Positions 1 through 9,373 of a stretch of 46,132 nt of DNA are shown in pieces. The DNA is from an uncultured Clostridia bacterium (GTDB taxonomy: Bacteria; Bacillota; Clostridia; Christensenellales; Aristaeellaceae), in contig CAKTXP010000001.1 of NCBI GenBank assembly GCA_934631055.1, forward strand, positions 1 through 46,132, given 5' to 3'. Position numbers and translations under genes: made by a program. The first letter of the stretch is position 1. Every line of letters starts with the position of its first letter. Below the pieces are notes generated by a model. The model was not told the origin of the DNA. It worked only from the letters and a program-made list of their open reading frames with translations, and searched no databases.

Positions 1-1911
1 GTGACGCCTACGATTGAACCGACCGCAACACCGACGGCAGAGCCTACGGTAACGCCTACCGCGGAACCGACTGCGGTACCTACAGAGGTTCCGACAGCAA
101 CGCCTACGGCAGAGCCTACCGCGGCGCCTACGCCGTCCCCGAGCCCGACGCCTACGGCAGAGCCTACCGCAACTCCAACGGCAACGCCTACGCCGTCGCC
201 GAGCCCGACGCCTACGGCAGAGCCTACCGCAGCTCCAACGGCAACGCCTACGCCGTCGCCGAGCCCCACGCCTACGGCAGAGCCTACCGCAACTCCAACG
301 GCAACGCCTACGCCGTCCCCGAGCCCGACGCCCACACCGGAACCGACTGCGACACCGACGCCGACCCCGGTACCTTACGTCGCGCAGAGCGCTGAAGCAG
401 TGGATTCTACTGCGCCGGAAACGGTCATCAAGAGCAGTTTTGCCGTTGTAAACGGAGAACAGACGGATAGTGTGGAGCGCAGTGAAGCAGTCAGCATGGG
501 CGATCCGAGTAAATACTCGGCGCAGGGGGGTGTTTTGACCTTCCGTGGTGGTCCGCTCCGTCAGAATGCTGCATATGGCACGGTTGAAGTTGAGCAGGAA
601 CAGCTTTCCGTCATTCGCGGCGTACGTACTTCCAAGCTTGACAACACCTATACCGGATTCGGATATGGCAGTCAGCCGCTGATCGTCAAGTGGTATAAGA
701 ATATCCGCGAGATCATGAATATCGAGGATGCGTCCCGCAATACGACGGCGATGAAAGAAGTTATCGTTCCTTCGGATGATGGAAAGATCTACTTCTATGA
801 CTTGGATACGCAGGCATATTCCCGCCAGCCGATCGAGGTCGGTTTCCCGATGACCGCGACGGCAAGCGTGAATCCGTATGGATATCCGCTGCTGTATGTG
901 GGTCAGTCGATGGAGAAAGTCGCCAGTTACAGCGGCGTAATGGGTCTGCGCATCTACAATCTGATCAATCAGAAGCTGCTGGATTTCGTGACCAGCAAAG
1001 ACGACGCTGCGCTGGGCAAGGATGACGCAGTGAATTCTTCTGCGCTGGTTGAAACAGATTCCGATACTGTAATCTATACGTCTGAAAATGGTCTGCTGTA
1101 TACCGTCAGCATGAATACTTATTTCGGACTTGACGACGCGGAAGTCGTGGTCAGCCCCGAAAAGGCTGCCTATGGTTATACCAGCAGTGTCAGAAATGCG
1201 TCTCAGGGCATCACGGGAAGCGTGGCGGCATATGGCGATTATGTCTATTACGGCGACGACTCCGGCGTGCTTCAGTGCGTTGATCTGAACACGATGCAGC
1301 CCGTTTGGGCGATCAGCTTGGGCGACAGTATCATGGCAACGCCGGCGCTGGAATGTGACGATGACGGAAATGTCAGTCTGTATATCGGTACGACGATCAA
1401 CAAGACGGAACGCAGCGGTCAGGTGCGGCTGATGAAAATCAACGCATTGACCGGCGAAACGATTTGGGAATGCCAGAGCGAGATTACAGGCAAATATGCC
1501 AGCAAGCCCGCAAAGGAAGGGCTGTACGCGGGTTTGATGGCTTCTCCGCTTGTCGGCGATGGCGAGATCAACGACTTGGTCGTCTTCAATGTCAACCGCG
1601 TTGTCATTGACGGCGGTGAAACCAGCGCAGTGGTTTATGCACTTGACAAAGAAACTGGCGAAGAAGTCTGGAATCAGCCGCTTGACGTAGAATCTGTTTC
1701 CTCTCCGATTGGCCTGTACCAGAAGGATGGAAAGAGCTATATCGTCATGGGCGATGAAGGCGGTACGCTGCGACTGATGGACGGCTTCAGCGGCATGACG
1801 ATCAGCACGCTCAGCCTGGGCAGCGCGATCAAGTCGTCTCCAGCGGCCTACGGCAATCAGATCGTCGTCGGTACGACGGGCGGTATGCTCTACTTTGTTG
1901 AAGTGAAGTAA
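1..1911 (+). CDS. Secreted/cell-surface protein, 5'-truncated by the window edge: Pro/Thr-rich repeat linker followed by PQQ-like (BamB-type) beta-propeller repeats
   Basis: ORF is open from base 1 to TAA 1909-1911. The first ~125 aa are (T/A/E/S)-P repeats. The rest shows repeated propeller-blade style motifs ([51 protein letters not shown]). Confidence 0.75.
   Translation: MTPTIEPTATPTAEPTVTPTAEPTAVPTEVPTATPTAEPTAAPTPSPSPTPTAEPTATPTATPTPSPSPTPTAEPTAAPTATPTPSPSPTPTAEPTATPTATPTPSPSPTPTPEPTATPTPTPVPYVAQSAEAVDSTAPETVIKSSFAVVNGEQTDSVERSEAVSMGDPSKYSAQGGVLTFRGGPLRQNAAYGTVEVEQEQLSVIRGVRTSKLDNTYTGFGYGSQPLIVKWYKNIREIMNIEDASRNTTAMKEVIVPSDDGKIYFYDLDTQAYSRQPIEVGFPMTATASVNPYGYPLLYVGQSMEKVASYSGVMGLRIYNLINQKLLDFVTSKDDAALGKDDAVNSSALVETDSDTVIYTSENGLLYTVSMNTYFGLDDAEVVVSPEKAAYGYTSSVRNASQGITGSVAAYGDYVYYGDDSGVLQCVDLNTMQPVWAISLGDSIMATPALECDDDGNVSLYIGTTINKTERSGQVRLMKINALTGETIWECQSEITGKYASKPAKEGLYAGLMASPLVGDGEINDLVVFNVNRVVIDGGETSAVVYALDKETGEEVWNQPLDVESVSSPIGLYQKDGKSYIVMGDEGGTLRLMDGFSGMTISTLSLGSAIKSSPAAYGNQIVVGTTGGMLYFVEVK
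100..327. repeat. Near-perfect 60-bp tandem repeat: 3 full units (148-207, 208-267, 268-327) plus a 48-nt variant (100-147), encoding TPTAEPTA(T/A)[11 protein letters not shown]
   Basis: Direct alignment of the units acgcctacggcagagcctaccgcaactccaacggcaacgcctacgccgtcgccgagcccg shows only 1-2 nt differences between units. Confidence 0.9.
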
Positions 1912-1932
1912 CCGTAAAGGAACCATGTGGCA

Positions 1933-1970
1933 CGCCGCCGCGGGATAAAAGCCTGCGGCGGCGCGTTTTC
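1933..1970 (+). terminator. Rho-independent terminator-like hairpin directly upstream of glpK
   Basis: CGCCGCCGC (1933-1941) pairs with GCGGCGGCG (1955-1963), a 9-bp all-GC stem, followed by CGTTTTC. Confidence 0.7.
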
Positions 1971-1996
1971 TATTGATTTATACGGAGGAAAAGAAC

Positions 1997-3493
1997 ATGC
2001 ACACCTATGTTATCGCGCTTGACCAGGGAACGACCAGTTCGCGCGCAGTTCTTTTTGATGAAAACGCGCGCATCGTTGCGATGAAGAGCTATGAATTTGA
2101 GCAGCTTTATCCTCAGCCGGGCTGGGTAGAACATGATCCGACTGCCATTTTAAACACGCAGATTGATGCGCTGCGCGAAGTTGTCCGTATCAGCGGCGTG
2201 CCTCTTGAGAGCATTGCGGCGATCGGCATCACCAATCAACGTGAAACGACGCTTCTTTGGGATAGAAAGACGGGGCGTCCACTGCATAATGCGATTGTTT
2301 GGCAATGCCGCAGGACAGCGCCGATCGTGGCACGGCTGTGCGAGGAAGGGCTTGAGGGACATATTAAGAAAACGACAGGTCTTGTCCCCGACGCCTACTT
2401 TTCCGGAAGCAAGCTGAGCTGGCTGCTCGATACGCTTGATCTGCATGATCGGGCGGAAAGAGGTGAGATATGCTTCGGAACGGTGGACAGCTTTTTAGCG
2501 TGGAATCTCGTCAGCGGGCGACCGCATGTAACAGATGCAACGAATGCAAGCCGGACAATGCTCTATGACATCCATAAAAACGATTGGGACGATACGCTGC
2601 TTCATGCGTTGAACATCCCAAAGAACGTCCTGCCGCGCGTAGTTGATACATCCGGCGTGATTGGTATGCTTGAGCCGTCTATTCTCGGACGCGCTATTCC
2701 GGTAGCAGCGCTTTGCGGCGACCAGCACAGCGCCCTGTTTGGTCAGGGATGCTTTGAACCGGGAATGATGAAGAACACGTATGGAACGGGCTGTTTTCTG
2801 CTGATGAACACAGGCGATACGCCGGCGGTCAGCAAAAACGGGCTTGTTTCAACGATTGCATGGCGAATCGGCGGAAAATGCACGTATGCGCTGGAAGGCA
2901 GCGTATTTGTAGCGGGCGCGGCGATTCAATGGCTGCGCGACGAGCTGAAAGTAATTGAACGCGCATCGGAAACGGAGACGATTGCCCGCTCACTGAAGGA
3001 CAACGGCGGCGTGTATATGGTTCCGACCTTTACGGGTCTTGGCGCGCCGTATTGGGATATGTACAGCCGCGGTCTTATCATTGGTCTGACGCGGGGAACC
3101 GGTCGCGCACATATCGTTCGCGCGGCGCTTGAATCTATTGCATATCAATCGGCTGATCTGGTCAGCGCGATGGCGTCTGATTGTGGCAGACAGCCGACAG
3201 AACTGCGCGTTGACGGAGGCGCAAGCGCAAATCAGTTCCTGATGCAGTTCCAATCCGATGTGCTGGGATGTAAAGTTGTTCGTCCTGCCGTTATTGAAAC
3301 AACCGCGCTCGGTGCGGCACTATTGGCGGGGATGGCGGTCGGCGTATGGAAGGATATGGACGAAATTCGCCGTGTCTGGCAAATGGATATCAGCTTGACG
3401 CCGCAGATGAATGATGAACAGCGAGAAGCCGCCATGCGCGGATGGCATCGCGCACTCAAACGCAGCATGAAATGGGCCTCCGAGGAAGATTAA
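1997..3493 (+). CDS. glpK: Glycerol kinase
   Basis: N-terminus MHTYVIALDQGTTSSR and full-length FGGY-kinase similarity (ITNQRETT, GDQHSALFGQ, YALEGSVFVAGAAIQWLRD). GGAGGA SD at 1984-1989 lies 7 nt before ATG 1997. The ORF-track TTG at 1973 has no SD. Confidence 0.95.
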   Translation: MHTYVIALDQGTTSSRAVLFDENARIVAMKSYEFEQLYPQPGWVEHDPTAILNTQIDALREVVRISGVPLESIAAIGITNQRETTLLWDRKTGRPLHNAIVWQCRRTAPIVARLCEEGLEGHIKKTTGLVPDAYFSGSKLSWLLDTLDLHDRAERGEICFGTVDSFLAWNLVSGRPHVTDATNASRTMLYDIHKNDWDDTLLHALNIPKNVLPRVVDTSGVIGMLEPSILGRAIPVAALCGDQHSALFGQGCFEPGMMKNTYGTGCFLLMNTGDTPAVSKNGLVSTIAWRIGGKCTYALEGSVFVAGAAIQWLRDELKVIERASETETIARSLKDNGGVYMVPTFTGLGAPYWDMYSRGLIIGLTRGTGRAHIVRAALESIAYQSADLVSAMASDCGRQPTELRVDGGASANQFLMQFQSDVLGCKVVRPAVIETTALGAALLAGMAVGVWKDMDEIRRVWQMDISLTPQMNDEQREAAMRGWHRALKRSMKWASEED

Positions 3494-3749
3494 AGGAATT
3501 TTTGCTTGACCGATAGGTTTTTGTAAACCTGTGTCGAATTAGTTCTTTAAAGTCCGTTTTAAAAGAGGAGCATTGGTCTTTGTTTTAGAAAAAACATGAT
3601 GGAATACATGAGCTTGAGGGTCTGAGGGCTGTGCGCATATTGAGGTGTAAGGAAGAAATGACGATTGCGCTGCATGCTCTTTTATGGATGGATCATGGCG
3701 GATGCTCGCGCGATCAAAGCCAATCAAAAAGTGTTTATTCCGCCGTTTT

Positions 3750-3779
3750 TTGACGGAATTGGGTGAATGACTGTATATA
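3750..3779 (+). promoter_or_regulatory. Candidate sigma-A promoter for dnaG-sigA
   Basis: TTGACG (3750-3755), 18-nt spacer, TATATA (3774-3779), about 75 nt upstream of the dnaG ATG. Confidence 0.4.
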
Positions 3780-3852
3780 AACGTAAAAAAATGCATGAAG
3801 GATGCAGGAATGAGCAAAAAAACGGCGAAAAAGAGTAGGGCGGTGAAGGACG

Positions 3853-5607
3853 ATGGCAGGCAGGATACCTCAAGGCTGGCTTGATGAGCTTCGGGATCGG
3901 GCGGACATCGTTCAGGTGGTTTCCCGGTATGTTCAGCTGACGCCTAAGGGCGGTCGGTACTGGGGGCTTTGCCCTTTTCACGGAGAAAAAACGCCTTCCT
4001 TTACCGTTAACCCGCAGCGGCAGATGTATTATTGTTTTGGCTGCCATGCAGGTGGAAGCGCCATTACATTTGTAATGGAAATCGAACATCTGGAATTCAT
4101 GGACGCAGTAAAATTGCTTGCCGAACAGGTGCACATGGACATGCCTCAGCTGGCGCCGAGCAGGGAGGACGCGGAGAGCAAATCCCGCAAAGAACGGCTG
4201 TACGAGGCTAATCGCCAATGTGCGCGTTTTTTTCACAGTCAACTATGGAGACCGGAGAGCGGCGAGGTTCTTGCCTATCTGCACGGCAGAGGCTTGAGCG
4301 ACAGCACCATCCGCATATTTGGTTTGGGCGCAACACCGATAAACGGTGACGGCGCAACAAAAGCGATGCGTGAAGCGGGATTTACGGATGATGAATTAAT
4401 CAGCGCCGGAATATCGGTCAGACGTGAAGGTCGGGTATACGATATGTTTCGCCAGCGCGCGATCTTCCCGATCATTGATGCGCAGGGACGTGTTCTCGGT
4501 TTTGGCGGGCGGGCGCTTGGCGATGTGAAGCCCAAATACCTCAATACAGGAGACACTCCGATATTCAATAAAAGGCAGGGCGTTTTTGCAGCCAATCTGC
4601 TCAAGAAGCAGCGTGGATTGAAGCGGGTCATCCTGACAGAGGGATATATGGACGTCATTGCGTTGGTTCAGACAGGTGTATCGGGCGTATGCGCAACGCT
4701 TGGCACAGCGTTGACGCTGGAACAGGCACGGCTGCTCAAACGTTATGCGCCTGAAATATGGGTCTCTTACGATGGCGACGCTGCCGGACAGCATGCGATT
4801 CTCCGCGCACTGGATATCTTTGAAGAAGAAGGTGTGCCTGCGCGCGTGCTTGATTTTCCGGGCGGCATGGATCCGGACGAATACGTTCGAGCGTATGGAC
4901 CGCAGGGCATTGACAAACTTGAACCGATGGATGCGACGGCTTACCGCATGAAGCAGGAAGCCGCCAATCATGATCTGTCCACGCAGGAAGGGCGAACGGC
5001 ATACGCAATCGCATGCGCAAAGTACTTGGCGAAAGTCAAAGAGCCGGTCGAACTTGAAAACTATGTTCGTCAATTGATGCTGTCCACCGGATTTACGCGT
5101 GAGGTTTTGCTTGCTCAAATCGGACGCACGGAGATGATTCAAGAGGACAAACGGTCGGTGTATCGGCATGCCGCGCGTCCGCTTGAAGAGAAGAACGAAG
5201 GCGTAGATACTGAAACGTCCGCGGCAGAAAAACAGCTGCTCGTTCTGCTTGCGGATGGAAACGTAGAATCGGGTACGGTATCCGCAGATGATTTTATATC
5301 GCCAAAGCATCGCGAACTAGCTCAGAAACTGCTTTCCGGCATGACTCCGGCGGCGATTCTGGAAGAGATCGATGATGAGGATGAACGCAGCCGAACGGCA
5401 AATCTGCTTCAGCGCGACAGCGGTGCAGGTGAGCAGGAACTAAAGATGGTAGCGGATTGCCTGCGGGTTTTACAGAAAAAGAAAATGGAAAACCAGATCA
5501 AAGTGCTGCAAGAACAAATGAGTACACAGACCGGTGAAGAGAAGCGCAGCACACTGATGAAAATACAGAAATTGGCTCTGGAAATCAAGACCGGGAGAAG
5601 GGAATGA
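3853..5607 (+). CDS. dnaG: DNA primase
   Basis: CHC2 zinc finger (CPFHGEKTPSF...CFGCHAGG), TOPRIM motifs (EGYMDVIAL, YDGDAAG), immediately upstream of sigA as in the classical dnaG-rpoD operon. Confidence 0.95.
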   Translation: MAGRIPQGWLDELRDRADIVQVVSRYVQLTPKGGRYWGLCPFHGEKTPSFTVNPQRQMYYCFGCHAGGSAITFVMEIEHLEFMDAVKLLAEQVHMDMPQLAPSREDAESKSRKERLYEANRQCARFFHSQLWRPESGEVLAYLHGRGLSDSTIRIFGLGATPINGDGATKAMREAGFTDDELISAGISVRREGRVYDMFRQRAIFPIIDAQGRVLGFGGRALGDVKPKYLNTGDTPIFNKRQGVFAANLLKKQRGLKRVILTEGYMDVIALVQTGVSGVCATLGTALTLEQARLLKRYAPEIWVSYDGDAAGQHAILRALDIFEEEGVPARVLDFPGGMDPDEYVRAYGPQGIDKLEPMDATAYRMKQEAANHDLSTQEGRTAYAIACAKYLAKVKEPVELENYVRQLMLSTGFTREVLLAQIGRTEMIQEDKRSVYRHAARPLEEKNEGVDTETSAAEKQLLVLLADGNVESGTVSADDFISPKHRELAQKLLSGMTPAAILEEIDDEDERSRTANLLQRDSGAGEQELKMVADCLRVLQKKKMENQIKVLQEQMSTQTGEEKRSTLMKIQKLALEIKTGRRE

Positions 5608-5613
5608 TCGTTA

Positions 5614-6711
5614 GTGGCATTAAATAAGGAACAGGCACAGCAAAAGGTGAAGGAGATCCTCGATCTTGCGCGCAATGAAAAGAAAACGCTGACTTATCAG
5701 GATGTAATGAATAAGCTCAGCGATCTGGATATTGACGCAGATGCCATTGATGCAGTGTTTGAAACGCTGGAATCGGAAGGCATCAATGTGATCAACGCCA
5801 CGGAGGACGAGACTTCCGTTCTGCCTTCCGACGTCGGCGGCGCGGATATGGATTTGTCCGTGCCTGAAGGTATCAGTATTGACGACCCCGTTCGTATGTA
5901 CCTCAAGGAGATCGGCAAGGTTCCTCTATTAACAGCTGAAGAGGAGATTGAGATCGCCAAGCAGATGGAGATGGGCGGCGAAGTCGCGGAAGCGGCAAAG
6001 AAAAAGCTTGCAGAAGCAAACCTCCGACTGGTCGTTTCCATTGCGAAGCGTTATGTTGGACGCGGCATGCTCTTCCTTGATCTGATTCAGGAAGGCAATT
6101 TGGGCTTGATTAAAGCGGTCGAAAAGTTCAACTATACAAAGGGCTTTAAATTCTCAACGTATGCGACATGGTGGATTCGTCAGGCAATTACCCGTGCCAT
6201 CGCAGATCAGGCGAGAACCATCCGTATTCCGGTTCATATGGTTGAGACGATTAATAAGCTGATTCGTGTCAGCCGTCAGCTCCTTCAGGAAAAGGGGCGC
6301 GAGCCGCAGCCAGAAGAAATCGCTGAAGCGATGGGCATCAGCGTAGAGAAAGTTCGCGAGATTATTAAGATTGCTCAGGAACCGGTTTCTCTGGAAACGC
6401 CTATCGGCGAGGAAGAAGATTCCCATCTCGGCGACTTTATTCAGGATGACGACGCGCCGCCGCCTGCGGAAGCTGCATCCTTCACGCTGATGAAGGAACA
6501 GCTGATGGGTGTGCTGGATACGCTGACTCCGCGTGAAAAGAAAGTGCTGTCTCTGCGTTTTGGTCTTGAGGATGGTCGTCAGCGCACGTTGGAAGAGGTT
6601 GGACAGGAATTCAACGTTACCCGCGAGCGTATCCGTCAGATTGAGGCAAAGGCTCTGCGTAAGCTGCGTCATCCCAGCCGCAGTAAGAAACTCAAGGATT
6701 ATCTGGAATAA
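5614..6711 (+). CDS. sigA: Primary RNA polymerase sigma factor (sigma-70/SigA)
   Basis: Region 2 [30 protein letters not shown], region 4.2 [33 protein letters not shown] start 6 nt after the dnaG stop. Confidence 0.95.
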   Translation: MALNKEQAQQKVKEILDLARNEKKTLTYQDVMNKLSDLDIDADAIDAVFETLESEGINVINATEDETSVLPSDVGGADMDLSVPEGISIDDPVRMYLKEIGKVPLLTAEEEIEIAKQMEMGGEVAEAAKKKLAEANLRLVVSIAKRYVGRGMLFLDLIQEGNLGLIKAVEKFNYTKGFKFSTYATWWIRQAITRAIADQARTIRIPVHMVETINKLIRVSRQLLQEKGREPQPEEIAEAMGISVEKVREIIKIAQEPVSLETPIGEEEDSHLGDFIQDDDAPPPAEAASFTLMKEQLMGVLDTLTPREKKVLSLRFGLEDGRQRTLEEVGQEFNVTRERIRQIEAKALRKLRHPSRSKKLKDYLE

Positions 6712-6718
6712 TCTAATC

Positions 6719-6750
6719 AGGAAGAGACAGAAGTGTTTCTTCCTTTTTTT
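6719..6750 (+). terminator. Rho-independent terminator of dnaG-sigA
   Basis: AGGAAGA (6719-6725) pairs with TCTTCCT (6738-6744), followed by a T7 run. Confidence 0.75.
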
Positions 6751-6825
6751 GACTCGAAGGAATTGTCGTGAAGATTGCTTATGTGCGTAAAGCTTTAAAA
6801 CTTTACAGACTGTGGAAAGAAATGC

Positions 6826-6847
6826 AGGCGGGCTTAGCCCGTTTTTT
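6826..6847 (+). terminator. Second short GC hairpin plus T6, a terminator-like element
   Basis: CGGGC-tta-GCCCG with flanking G-U/A-U pairs, followed by TTTTTT (6842-6847). Confidence 0.45.
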
Positions 6848-6934
6848 GTTTGAAAAAAGTGAAATTTCCGCATACGCGATGCCGTCATATAAGTGAAACA
6901 GAAAACATCAAAGAGAAGCGAGGAGGAATGATTC

Positions 6935-9373
6935 GTGAACAGAAATATTCAAAAGATTATGATGGTGGTGTCGCTCCTGCTGCTGGTATTTGCATCATCC
7001 TGCTGTTTTGCCGAAAATGGCATCCGCATGGATGGACAAATCGGGTTTGATGGGGTCGTACAGCAGGGCAGTGTGTGGAGATTGTCGCTGAATGTTGAGA
7101 ATTATTCAGACAAAGAGATTATCGGCTATATCAGCGTCAATGTCGCAAAAGATGTTGTAGATGATTACGATGAAGTACGGATGTCGATTGAGCTTGAAAC
7201 GGGAAAAAGTGCGGAATACCATATGGATGTATTCCCGTTTGTGCCGCAGAATGCACTGGATGTTCGACTATTTTCTGAAGATGGGAGCATTCTGGCATTT
7301 ACGACTGTTCCGGTGAAAAAAGCGATACCATCAGATGCCATGACGATTGGCGTATGGGGTAGGCAAAAGCTGGCAGATGCTTTGGAAAGCTATGATAAAA
7401 TGGATGAATACGGGCGAAAGGAAAATGTCTCCACCATCCTGCTCAGCACGGAAACCTTTCCCGAAAATGAAGAAGAAGCGGCGGCATTCGGATTGATCAT
7501 CATCGAGGAGCATTCGTGGGATGAACTGTCTTTAAAGCAGCAACAAGCATTGATTGCATGGATGAAAAACGAAGGATATCTGGTTGTCGGTACGGATGAA
7601 CAGAAAGAAATGGAAAACTGGACATCGGCATTGGCAACGCGTAAAGGCAAAGACAATATCAAGCCATCTAAAGAAGCAGAAGTTCGAGCCATCCTTTCTG
7701 ATTTATCGGAAATGGAAGAGGAAAAAGAACGGTTGGAAAATGTGGAGCTGCTGATCGGAGGGCATGCAATCATCTGTGGATTCAGTCTGAGCGACGATTT
7801 ACTCTTGAAAGCAGCTGAGCAGGAACAGATTTGGCGGCGCGTATTGACGGCAATCGGTGGGCAGGGATATACGTTTGATCATACCGGAAAGAGCAATGTC
7901 AAATTCAGCCAATACCTGAATACGCAGGAAAAAGTCAACAAAGGAAAAGGAATTCTGCCGACAGCCTATCTGCTGGGTATATATGTGATGTTGGTCGGAA
8001 TTGGGTTATACGTTCTTCTCAAACGCAGGGATGCGAGCAAGTGGATATGGGTCGCAATTCCGGTGTGTGCGGTGATCTGCGGCGCGGGAATCGGTATATG
8101 GGGCGCTGTGAGAAAAATGAGCGCACCGGCAGCGGCACAAGTTCTCATTGTGAATTACGATAAAGACGGCGATCTCGCGATGGAAGAACAGGCGCTGGTC
8201 AATTATGCCGGACAGCAACGCAAAACCATCAGTACGCAGGAAGGCGACGCGATTGAATCGGCGGGTTACCAAGTCTTTTACAGTTATGGAGAAGAAAATG
8301 TGGATCTGAAAAACATGCAGGTTCGGAATGTTGTAACGCTTGGTGATAAGGCTTCGTTTGAGATGGAGAGCAAACCGACTTGGCTTGGACGCGAGTTATT
8401 GATCCACAGAAAAAACACGCCGGAAGGAAAAATACGCTCTTCTGCATGGATGGATGAGGATGGACTGCATGCGCAAGTAGAAAACGGAACAAATATAACG
8501 CTGAAAAATGCTGTTCTGATGACTTCATGGGGTTATGCACGCGCTGAACAGATTGCATCAGGCGAAACAAAAACATTTTTCCTGCCGCGTGCAAAAGAAT
8601 CAATATACTCGACCAATGAAAATATCGGTATCCTGATTCCTGAAGGAGAAGCCCTGCTTTTTCCGACGTCGATCTATTCGGTTAAATACGCTTACGTCAA
8701 TCCTGAGCTTGCTGAAGGCAAAGAACTGGCTCTGACTTCGGAAGAAAGAGAAAGAAGAGAGCTGCTTAGCGCAAAGATTTCTCTGGGACAGACGGGTAAC
8801 AACAATTGGACAGAGTGCTATTTGGTTGCGGAAAGTCCGGAAATCCAGTGTTCGCAACTCCTGATTGATGGCGAACCGATCGTCAATACGGTACAGAATG
8901 TAGTCATCTCTTGCAGTATTCCGATGCAGGAAGAATCACCGAGTGGATATCTGTATGCAGGATGGAACAAATTCCCTCTATATGAAGTCGAAGAAGGCAC
9001 AGATGGAAAGCTGTATATGGGCGCTGAAAAAGAAAGTGCTTACATCTATGGTGATGGAAATTATAGGATAGGATATGATTTGTCTGCGATTGATTGCAGC
9101 AAAATACAGACTATTCGTATTGAAAACGCGTATCGGAGGATGTCGCGGGAGTTTACAGTCCCGATAGAAGTTTACGACCATCGCAGTTGCGAGTGGATCC
9201 TCATTCCGTCGAGCTACGCAGGATATGACGATATTGCTCTGAGCGTAAGCGAAATGGACGGAATCATCGGGGAAAACGGAGAACTGTTTTTGCGCATCCA
9301 GATGAAAAATAGTGATGATTACGGTGGCATATATGCGCCGGCGATTACTGTGGAAGGAGGAAGAAAAGAGTGA
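6935..9373 (+). CDS. Large membrane protein of unknown family: signal peptide, ~315-aa ectodomain, TM hairpin, ~420-aa second ectodomain. Putative accessory component of the downstream ABC-2 transporter.
   Basis: AGGAGGA SD 6921-6927 lies 7 nt before GTG 6935. Hydrophobic N-terminus MMVVSLLLLVFASSCC. Two TM helices at aa ~343-362 and ~370-392 are separated by KRRDASK. The stop overlaps the next gene's start (GTGA). Confidence 0.7.
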   Translation: MNRNIQKIMMVVSLLLLVFASSCCFAENGIRMDGQIGFDGVVQQGSVWRLSLNVENYSDKEIIGYISVNVAKDVVDDYDEVRMSIELETGKSAEYHMDVFPFVPQNALDVRLFSEDGSILAFTTVPVKKAIPSDAMTIGVWGRQKLADALESYDKMDEYGRKENVSTILLSTETFPENEEEAAAFGLIIIEEHSWDELSLKQQQALIAWMKNEGYLVVGTDEQKEMENWTSALATRKGKDNIKPSKEAEVRAILSDLSEMEEEKERLENVELLIGGHAIICGFSLSDDLLLKAAEQEQIWRRVLTAIGGQGYTFDHTGKSNVKFSQYLNTQEKVNKGKGILPTAYLLGIYVMLVGIGLYVLLKRRDASKWIWVAIPVCAVICGAGIGIWGAVRKMSAPAAAQVLIVNYDKDGDLAMEEQALVNYAGQQRKTISTQEGDAIESAGYQVFYSYGEENVDLKNMQVRNVVTLGDKASFEMESKPTWLGRELLIHRKNTPEGKIRSSAWMDEDGLHAQVENGTNITLKNAVLMTSWGYARAEQIASGETKTFFLPRAKESIYSTNENIGILIPEGEALLFPTSIYSVKYAYVNPELAEGKELALTSEERERRELLSAKISLGQTGNNNWTECYLVAESPEIQCSQLLIDGEPIVNTVQNVVISCSIPMQEESPSGYLYAGWNKFPLYEVEEGTDGKLYMGAEKESAYIYGDGNYRIGYDLSAIDCSKIQTIRIENAYRRMSREFTVPIEVYDHRSCEWILIPSSYAGYDDIALSVSEMDGIIGENGELFLRIQMKNSDDYGGIYAPAITVEGGRKE

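Noticed and set aside
3658-3753. 31-codon ORF (MTIALHALLWMDHGGCSRDQSQSKSVYSAVF) in the 359-nt glpK-dnaG spacer, plus the 92-aa minus-strand ORF at 3539-3817.
   Set aside because: The SD spacing is poor (AAGGAAGAA directly abuts the ATG). The composition is not protein-like, and the region also has to hold the dnaG promoter candidate. The 92-aa minus-strand ORF is low-complexity and has no SD. I cannot support either as a gene.
4396-5310. Many long antisense ORFs of 150-300 aa lie opposite real genes. Examples: 3724-4242 and 4396-5310 (dnaG), 6154-6888 (sigA), 10268-10864 (permease), 12115-12825 (ilvE), 13871-14413, 14632-15153, 18802-19518 (upp), 19724-20242, 21991-22692, 24109-24774, 25659-26240, 30932-31462, 32325-32819, 35861-36322, 37096-37635, 38999-39685 and 39878-40696 (PBP2).
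   Set aside because: I checked the frame arithmetic. Each one lies in the codon-for-codon antisense frame of a well-supported sense gene. Antisense stops in that frame require the rare sense codons TTA/CTA/TCA, so long shadow ORFs are expected. Their translations are low-complexity and Arg/Cys/His-rich with no motifs, and none has an SD.
6850-7050. 66-aa ORF overlapping the start of the 812-aa gene, whose internal ATG at 6928 directly abuts the AGGAGGA SD.
   Set aside because: Zero spacing between SD and ATG makes initiation there implausible. The GTG at 6935 has ideal 7-nt spacing and opens a signal peptide followed by an 812-codon ORF.
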